Program-made: the position numbers and the translations under genes
Source of the DNA: Octopus sinensis
Lineage: Eukaryota
Length of the DNA stretch: 28,316 nt
Direction: 5' to 3'
Assembly (NCBI RefSeq): GCF_006345805.1
Contig: NW_021827579.1
Coordinates: 1 to 28,316 of the forward strand
Shown: positions 20,958-28,316 of the stretch, one piece after another
Layout: the number at the start of each line of letters is the position of its first letter
Position numbering within the stretch: position 1 is the stretch's first letter
The notes under the pieces: generated by a model
What the model was told of the DNA's origin: nothing
The model's database searches: none
The model's input: only the letters and a program-made list of their open reading frames with translations

Positions 20958-21350
20958 GTCTGTCTGTTTGTCTGTCTGCCTGCCTGCCTGCGTGCCTGTC
21001 TGTCTGTCTGCCTGACTGCCTGTTTGTCTGTCAGTCTGTCTGTCTGTGTGTGTATATATATGTATATATATATAGATGTGTGTATATATATATATATATG
21101 TAAACACTCACACACACACACATATACATATACATACGTACATGTATACTCACATGCACACACACACACATACACACACACACATATACGACGGTTTTTC
21201 ACAGTTTCCATAAATCAGATCATGAACAAAGTATTAGGCGTCCCGGGGCTATAGCAGAAAAAAAACTTGTCCAAGGTACCGCGCAATGGGATTGAACCCG
21301 AAACCTCGTGGTTGTTAAGCGAGCTTCTTAATCACAGAGCCATACCTGCA
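20650..21350 (-). mobile_element. tRNA-derived SINE with expanded internal microsatellite
   Basis: Minus head GGTGCAGGTATGGCTCTGTGATTAAG...GGGTTCAATCCC at 21290-21350; internal (TCTA/TCTG/AT/CA)n at 20862-21190; tail 20670-20830 homologous to 9989 and 11860. Confidence 0.7.
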
Positions 21351-21599
21351 CCCATATAGTTAATTGGTTAAATTTTTGATTTCCTTTGCTTCTGTTTCCT
21401 CACCGATCGTCTGGTGTGTGATGGCGGCCGAGATATCGATAAAAATCAATAAAACTATATCTATGGAGGTCGATATGCTGTCCACTGCAACCTTTCCTCA
21501 TATTCTGTGACCTTGAACGCATGTCAGATATTCAATATGATTGATTTCTTGCGGTAAGAAAAACTAAAGAGCCGTCCACTCCTCATGTGGTACGACATG

Positions 21600-21770
21600 T
21601 AGGAGTGTGATGCCACGCTGGGGAAGTTCACTAAGAAGTTCGTCACGTGGTTTGAGGCCTCGAAACCGCTATGGGCGACTTCCGTTTGAGATTCGGGTTT
21701 GGCTAAGTTTTGCTGATTGCAGTTTAGTTGATGGAAACTGCATGGAAGACGGCCGTATGCCTTTGTATGT
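21600..21770 (+). mobile_element. old diverged SINE copy (tentative)
   Basis: GATGGAAACTGCATGGAAGACGGCCGTATG resembles GTCGGAAACTGAAGAAGCCCATC at 11278-11300. Confidence 0.35.
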
Positions 21771-21921
21771 ATCTCTGTACTTGCGCATGCGCGCGTGCGC
21801 ATAATACACACAGACATAAATGTATGTGTGTCTGTATGTATTGTATGTCATTATTCAGTTTTATTCCAAGATTTTGCCAATAAAGAACCGGTTTCTAACC
21901 TAGATCCAAGGCTCCCATTAT

Positions 21922-21967
<46 letters not shown>

Positions 21968-21986
21968 TGTGTGTGTATGTATATAA

Positions 21987-22150
21987 TTGTCTTTCAATAC
22001 CTGTGATGTGTTGATCCCAGCGCTATTACAACAATGCACCAAAGAACTATATCGAGTTGGACGGGAATCGCTTTAAAGTTCGTTTTATCAACACATCTAT
22101 ACTTTTAAGACACTTGAAGCACAATTTACCGCAAGTCGCCCTTAAAACAT
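21987..22150 (+). pseudogene. possible Penelope-type GIY-YIG endonuclease remnant
   Basis: NCLSIPVMC*...PKNYIELDGNRFKVRF resembles the YIG....F..R motif of Penelope-like elements; heavily decayed. Confidence 0.35.
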
Positions 22151-22552
22151 ATATGCTGCCTAATAAAAGTAATAGTTTTCATTAAAATCTTCGCTAAAAT
22201 GACTGCTCAAGTTAAAGATTATAGATATTATTTCAAGATGACGGCAGATTAAATCAACACACAAATATGTTAGGTTACTGTAGGTAAGCCTCGAAGTTTT
22301 TATATCGCTGTTAAATGTCCTCGAAACTAATAATTGGAACTGAAGGAGCAATATACTTTATACGAACTTTAAAGCTTTTATCTTATTACGCAAAAAATTC
22401 CTATTACACACGCTGACATAGAACCAACGTTGAACCCTTTATTCGCAAAATTACCGAATCTGGAACTTAACTATGGTCTGTCTATAGCACTTGTTGAGAT
22501 TTACCTGACACCTTTGGGTCTCAATGACACCATTATCTTTTATATATATATA

Positions 22553-23820
22553 CAGACATGTAGGAAGTAAATAGACACCTTTAGTTTTCAAGATTTATGA
22601 TCTAAACGTCTTAATATGCTTTCAGCGATGTAGAATTTACAATGTAATTATTCTTTTTCATTCCAGGTGCCATTATATTAAACATTTGTGAAGAGTAACC
22701 ATGCCACGCACAAAAAATTCAGCAGGACTGTCAGATTTTCAAAGAAGTCGTATTGTTGGGCAATCTGAGGCTGTCTTAGCCAGCGAAAAATTGCCGAAAA
22801 TCTTCAAATTCCTCGTGCTACTGTTAATAGAATTATAGTGCAATTCAAAAGCCAAGGAAAAGAATCAACAGATTCTCGTCCCGGTCGACCTGGGCCCTCG
22901 CAAAGGAAGCTTCGCTGTTTGAAGAGAATTGTGAAAAATGAACCCCGTTTGAAGGCTTCTGACATTGCAAAACATCTAGAAGTTAGTCCAAGAACGTGTG
23001 TTACATATCTGCATAAGCTTGGGCATTATGGACGAGCAGCTAGAAGTAAACATCTCCTTCAACCAATTAATATAATGAAAAGAAAGAAATGGGCTAAGGA
23101 GATGTCAGAAAAATCCAGTTCATTTTGGGATAGATTCTCAGATGAATCCAGATTTGCATTATTTTCAGAAAGTAGACGTGTTTGGGTCTGGAGGCTTCCC
23201 AATCAAAAATTTGATTTGAAACGACTCCAACCAACTGTGAAACATGGCGGTATCTCTGTAATGGTATGGGGAGCTGTCACCAGTAATGGTCGTTCTGAGC
23301 TGATCGAATGTGACGGAACCATAAACTCTGAAAAAGACATCGAAATACTTAAGCAAGGACTACTTCCGATGTATTCACATGGTAACACAACGAAAAATGA
23401 GTTTTTATTCATGGAAGACGGGGCTCCATTCCACACAGTGAAAAGTAATCAACAATGGCTGTTTGAAAATTTGATCAAAAAGCTTCCTTGGTCGAGCCAA
23501 TCTACTGACGTGAACCCAATTGGAAATCTTTGTAGCATACAAGATAGAGCTATACCAAAAAAACTCGACAGAAACCTAAATCTAAAAATGAATTGTTTCG
23601 ATTGTTGCGTGAAAAGTGGGCTGAAATTCTACAAGAGACAATCACAAAGCTTGTCAGTTCAATGCCAAAAAGAGTTTCTGAATTAAAAACTGCAAAGGGA
23701 ATGTCAACTAAATACTAAAGTATGTAGTCCTACCTATCGAATACATTTCAATTGTTCGCTTTGCGTATTAAATAAAAGGTTTTGAAAATTAAAGGTGTCT
23801 ATTTACTTCCTGCATGTCTG
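22553..23820 (+). mobile_element. Tc1-family DNA transposon, full length (1268 bp) with both TIRs
   Basis: Left end TA-CAGACATGTAGGAAGTAAATAGACACCTTTAGTTTTCAA; right end is the reverse complement CAGACATGCAGGAAGTAAATAGACACCTTTAATTTTCAA, followed by TG (probable mutated TA target duplication). Confidence 0.95.
22701..23718 (+). pseudogene. Tc1 DD34E transposase, inactivated
   Basis: ATG at 22701 (MPRTK...), frameshift near 22772, FSDES, KHGG..VMVWG, MEDGAP, then 34 residues to NPIG (catalytic E replaced by G), second frameshift near 23565, ends GMSTKY*. Confidence 0.9.
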
Positions 23821-24014
23821 TGTATATAATTATTTTGAGGGGAACGTTGGATCTTGAGCTACAAATAACAACGTATAAATATAGGCTTAACACAGTATTT
23901 ACATGCTATTATCTATAGTTTGTCAGCTTCGAGATTCAAGTTTCCAGATCAAAATGAGTGTTATTCCATGTTTCAAAATTTATAAATTATCATGAGATCA
24001 GCAATAGACACACA

Positions 24015-24093
<79 letters not shown>

Positions 24094-24158
24094 TTATATA
24101 TATTATTATACGCACGTATGTATATGTATATACATACATGCATACATACATACATACA

Positions 24159-24194
<36 letters not shown>

Positions 24195-24440
24195 TATATG
24201 TTTTTTGTATGTATATATGTATGTATTTAACATATATGTGATATATATATAGGTTTGGTGACCCAAATCACACACACACACATATATACATATTTATTTA
24301 TGTATACATATGTGTCTATGTATATATATATTATATCTATATATCTATCTCTCTGTCTGTCTGTCTGTCTGTCTCCTCTCTCTATATATATAAATATATA
24401 TATATACATAAATATATATATATGTGTGTGTATGTATGTG

Positions 24441-24471
<31 letters not shown>

Positions 24472-24515
24472 GTATATATATATATATATATCTATGTATA
24501 TATATATATGTTATT

Positions 24516-24578
<63 letters not shown>

Positions 24579-24607
24579 ATATATATATTATTATATATAT
24601 ATATATA

Positions 24608-24964
24608 GTGACGCATTTTGCCATTTGAATATGGCTAACCCCAAGGGTGGATGCTACTGTAGTTTGTAGCCCGGAAGATATCAGTGTCAATCGACACTGG
24701 AAAAAGTATATGTATTTGTGAGGGAAACTGAATTCTCGTCGACAACTATGATTGTCACACACCGATGAAAGGTAAACATCTTGAAACTCGAGTCCGTGTG
24801 TATCATAAGTTGAAGACGGGAAGGATGACTTCCCTTCACAAATACTGATAGGGCACTGAAAGTGTGTCTATAGCCAGCTGGAGGAGATATCTTCCTGGGG
24901 CTACAAACTACAGTAGCATCCACCCTTAGGGGTTAGCCATATTTAAATGGCAAATATGTGTCAC
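24608..24964. mobile_element. fold-back (rod-like) element carrying a hammerhead at its apex
   Basis: Arms 24608-24682 / 24886-24964 are inverted, with further nested helices at 24712-24726/24830-24845, 24733-24740/24815-24822 and 24743-24752/24802-24812. Confidence 0.8.
24756..24800 (+). ncRNA. type I hammerhead-like fold with variant core (HHR-D)
   Basis: CACAC-A-CCGATGA-AAGGT-AAAC-ATCTT-GAAA-CTCGA-GTC-C-GTGTG: stem I CACAC/GTGTG with an A-C first pair, 5-bp stem II, perfect palindrome ACTCGAGT, GUC cleavage triplet ending at 24794. Confidence 0.7.
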
Positions 24965-25925
24965 GATGTGTTACCGCTACTGTTTATAACTCGCTCTGAG
25001 ATTTATCATTGTTATATATATATATATATATATATGAGAGAGGGGGAGAGAGAGAGTTGAGCAAGAAATTGTCCATAAATCAGTGCATCCAACAAAAAGT
25101 ACATCTCGGTATCTCTCTCTTCCGCCCGAGTTGCGCAAGCGCATTTTTGCCTGTCAATCTCGATGTTACATTACAAATACAAGAATCTAACGATCGGTTT
25201 TGTTGTAAACGCATAAATAACGACACAACGACTGAAAATGCAATGCTTTTAATTAAACCCCCCCACACACATACTCACAATACACACACACAACAACAAG
25301 AACAACAACAAAGCAAATTAAAAATATATAAGCAAGAAAATCGATAGATTCGAATCTAACCTCCTGTTTGCCTCTTACTACTTGAACAACAAACATGAGA
25401 AGAAAAAAAAATCACTCGTAGCATTGAACCGATATTAGAAATCAATATTTTTCTCTGGTCCATTCATGCATCTATGACCAACAAACATGTCACTTGGCGG
25501 ATGGAGAATCAAGTCCTTGTGATTCATTGTGATAGTAAGCGTATCATAGCAGAGCAGACGGCCAGAATATCGATTGTCCAGCTATAATTTTCACTATGCT
25601 ACATTGGATATGCCAACACTAAATTCACTATTGTCTGTTTGTATTTTTGTTTTGATTTATTTTTTCATATTCATGGCGTCTGTGAGTAAATTACTATAAT
25701 AATTACCGTGTAATTATTATGAATAATTTTTTTTTTAATTGCTAATATATGTCAACTCTTTTCTTTCTTCTTTAAAACATCTACTTAATGATTCATGCTT
25801 CACTGCATGAAATATGGGAATCTATGTCTCGTTCAGAAGATCTGATGAACACCGAAACGTGTCCGGAATATTCTTTTTCTGCCGAGCTCTCCGAAAGATG
25901 AAGAGAAGAGGGTTAGTTAAGTTAA

Positions 25926-26149
25926 GGCGGCGAGCTGGCAGAAACGTTAGCACGCCGGGCGAAATGCTTAGCGGTATTTCGTCTGCGTTACGTTGTGAGT
26001 TCAAATTCCGCCGAGGTCGACTTTGCTTTTCATCCTTTCGGGGTCGATAAATTAAGTTACGCACTGGGGTCGATGTAATCGACTTAATACCTATGTCTGT
26101 CCTTGTTTGTCCCCTCTGTGTTTAGCCTCTTGTGGGTAATAAAGAAATA
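25926..26149 (+). mobile_element. tRNA-derived SINE, full length, with target-site duplication
   Basis: Same family as 12386. The 15-bp duplication GGTTAGTTAAGTTAA (25911-25925) / GGTTAGTTAAATTAA (26150-26164) has one mismatch. Confidence 0.92.
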
Positions 26150-26414
26150 GGTTAGTTAAATTAAGTTAAGTTAATTTTTTGGCTCAGAAAGCAAAAAGCA
26201 AGGCCATGTATGGGGACATGGAGTTATGTACAGGGTGGCTATGAAACCGCCCTTTCTAAATTATCCGATGAAGAATCGAATGCCGCAGTTCACAGTAGAG
26301 AACAGAAAGACCATTTTGCCCACTCAAGATCAGCAATCATTTATGGTAAAGCTGAATCCACCTGTGATACAGGCATAAACCGCCTAAAAGAAGACATAAA
26401 TTTTGTTTCCATTT

Positions 26415-26658
26415 TAGTTGGAGAATTGTTAGTGAAAAAAAGCCAAACTTGGTATCTTCTATTCAGTTTTCATGCCTATCCTCAACTACGGTCGTAAAAA
26501 TTGAGCAATGACTGAAAGAATATGATCGTGGATACAAGCAGCTGAGACGGGGTTCTTCCAAATGATCTCTAAAGAAACTTACCTGAGTGGGTGCATAGCT
26601 CGAATATGTAAGAGTTTCTCCAGGCTCAGCTGCTACTTTATCTCCACTGAAAGGTCAC
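26415..26658 (+). pseudogene. RTE-clade LINE reverse transcriptase C-terminal fragment
   Basis: FYSVFMPILNYGRKN*AMTERI*SWIQAAETGFFQMIS matches the RTE-type P.L.YG.E.W.......I.AAEM.F.R.I pattern. Confidence 0.75.
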
Positions 26659-26880
26659 GGCCCGTGGCTTAGTCGTTAGGGTATTCGGCCCGCGATCGTC
26701 CGGTCATGAGTTCGATTCCTGGCAGCGTGTTGTATCCTTGAGCAAGACACTTTATTTCACATTGCTCCAGTCCACTCAGCTGGTAAAAATGAGCTGTACC
26801 AGTAATTCAAAAGGGCCAGCCTTGTCACATTCTGTGTTATGTTGATTCTCTCTGAGAACTACGTTAAGGGTATGCGTGTC
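26659..26880 (+). mobile_element. tRNA-derived SINE (12075 family), 3' truncated
   Basis: Head GTGGCTTAGTCGTTAGGG...GAGTTCGATTCC; body shared with the 12075-12358 copy. Confidence 0.85.
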
Positions 26881-27016
26881 TGGCAGAATCGTTAACACGC
26901 CGGGCAAAATGCTTAGCAGTATTTCGTCTGCCGTTACGTTCTGAGTTCAAATTCCGCTGAGGTCGACTTTGCCTTTCATCCTTTCGGGGATCGATAAATT
27001 AAGTACTCGCACTGGG
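26881..27016 (+). mobile_element. partial SINE of the 12386 family
   Basis: TGGCAGAATCGTTAACACGCCGGGC...GAGTTCAAATTCC...CGCACTGGG. Confidence 0.85.
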
Positions 27017-27719
27017 TGAACGCCGTCACAAGTACAAGTGAGTCTGAGAGGAACTTACGGAGCAGATGCTTCGGGACATTTACCACCCGACCCTCTCATG
27101 AACAGTGGGCGGAGAAGATGGACTGATGGTTGGATAATAGTCATGAAGTTACTCGTGTTGTCTTTTCTTAACCGCATAATTATTTCCAATTAAAAATTTG
27201 CTTAATAATCACTATATTAAAGAATTCTAAGACTAACTTAACCTTTGGAAATATATAACCGACTGCAATTATTAAGCAGGTTTGGTTTGTTTTCTGGTTT
27301 CTGTTTGTATCTAGATATCAATGCAGTTAGGAAGTTCGCTTTTTTGCAGGTTCGGGACGTGTACCCGCGTTTGATCCCACTGTATAAAAAAGAAAAGAAC
27401 GAAATTCCTGAGACTTGCGTTTTCTACTGAACGTGCTGGAATCGGTAATTCCACAACTGGTAAATGTTAGTGTGATGGGTAATAATTCTGACCTGATAGA
27501 TAGGGGTTGTCATCTAGGTGGTGAAAATAATGATTTCATTACAGTTTATGGAATTGTATTAATATCTAATGACTTTAAATTAGATAATAGAGAGCTCCGT
27601 AGCTGGTAGAAGTATGAAAGTTCAGATTCCTTTAAATAGTGAAAATGATTTCTCAATCTCAAAATAAAGGCGTAGTATGCAGAAAATTTAAGCTAAAGCG
27701 CAGGCGCAATTGGCATAAT

Positions 27720-28316
27720 TTAAGTACACACACCACACGCACACAAACACACACGTACGCACACATACACACACATACGCACACGTACATACACATACAT
27801 ACGCACACACACACACACATGTATGTATATATTTAAGCCTTAATACATACACACGCACACTTATATATACATGCATACATATTTACTTGCACATTTCGTG
27901 TGCTTATGTGTGTGTGTGTGCGTGTGTGTATGTGTGTGTGTGTACGTGTGTGTGTATGTATATATGTGTGTGTGTGTGTGTGTGTGTCGTTGATGTGAAA
28001 ATTTTGCATTCCTTTTCGAAATGCTTCACACAGTTTCGAGTAACACGCACACACACGCACAAACACACAGTGCTCATTCACACACACATAACAAATACAC
28101 GCATACACACACACACACACACACACACATCAAACATATACACAACCTTAAACAAAAAAACTAAACTACCAAAACAAAAAAATCTCTAAAACAACAACAT
28201 AAGAATAATAAAAAAAAGAGCACCACAGGGAAAATAGAGAAGCAACACACATACACACACAACACGCGGCGCACAACACACAACAAACCATACACACACA
28301 CAACCATACATATACA
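27720..28316. repeat. alternating (CA)n/(GT)n/(CA)n tracts
   Basis: Seen directly. Confidence 0.9.

Noticed and set aside
25070-25165. CCATAAA and AGATTGACAG (Hox/Pbx-Meis-like) sites in a unique island
   Set aside because: Short motifs expected by chance; no conservation evidence available.
25842-25863. CTGATGA-ACACC-GAAAC-GT-GTC hammerhead-like core
   Set aside because: Neither stem I nor stem II pairs; it may be a relic but cannot be folded.
27340-27475. Strong-looking acceptor TTTTTTGCAG|G with downstream GTAATT/GTAAAT donors
   Set aside because: All three frames hit a stop before the donors; a non-coding exon cannot be supported without RNA data.

Overview
Eukaryotic, microsatellite-rich window made almost entirely of repeats. 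The SINE families resemble octopus SINEs as I remember them, so an octopod cephalopod genome is inferred, not verified. I found no intact host protein-coding exon. The long ORFs in the track are translations of simple repeats or of decayed transposon genes. Recognisable elements: a 5' mariner fragment, an R4/Dong-type LINE 3' end, a Tx1/L1-type LINE 3' end, a CR1/L2-group LINE split in two by a 2.3 kb insertion, an RTE-type LINE fragment, a full-length but inactivated Tc1 (DD34E) element with both TIRs, and about ten tRNA-derived SINE copies from several families. Main finding: four type I hammerhead-ribozyme folds that I could pair base by base (6059-6129 +, 8082-8116 +, 13953-14015 -, 24756-24800 +) and several decayed ones. 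They sit in short non-coding units next to (TA)n tracts and have the very short stem III (palindromic in three of the four) known from Penelope-like-element and retrozyme hammerheads. One lies at the tip of a 357-nt rod-like fold-back element, and two share a non-canonical CCGANGA core. All folds were derived by eye and ribozyme activity is untested.
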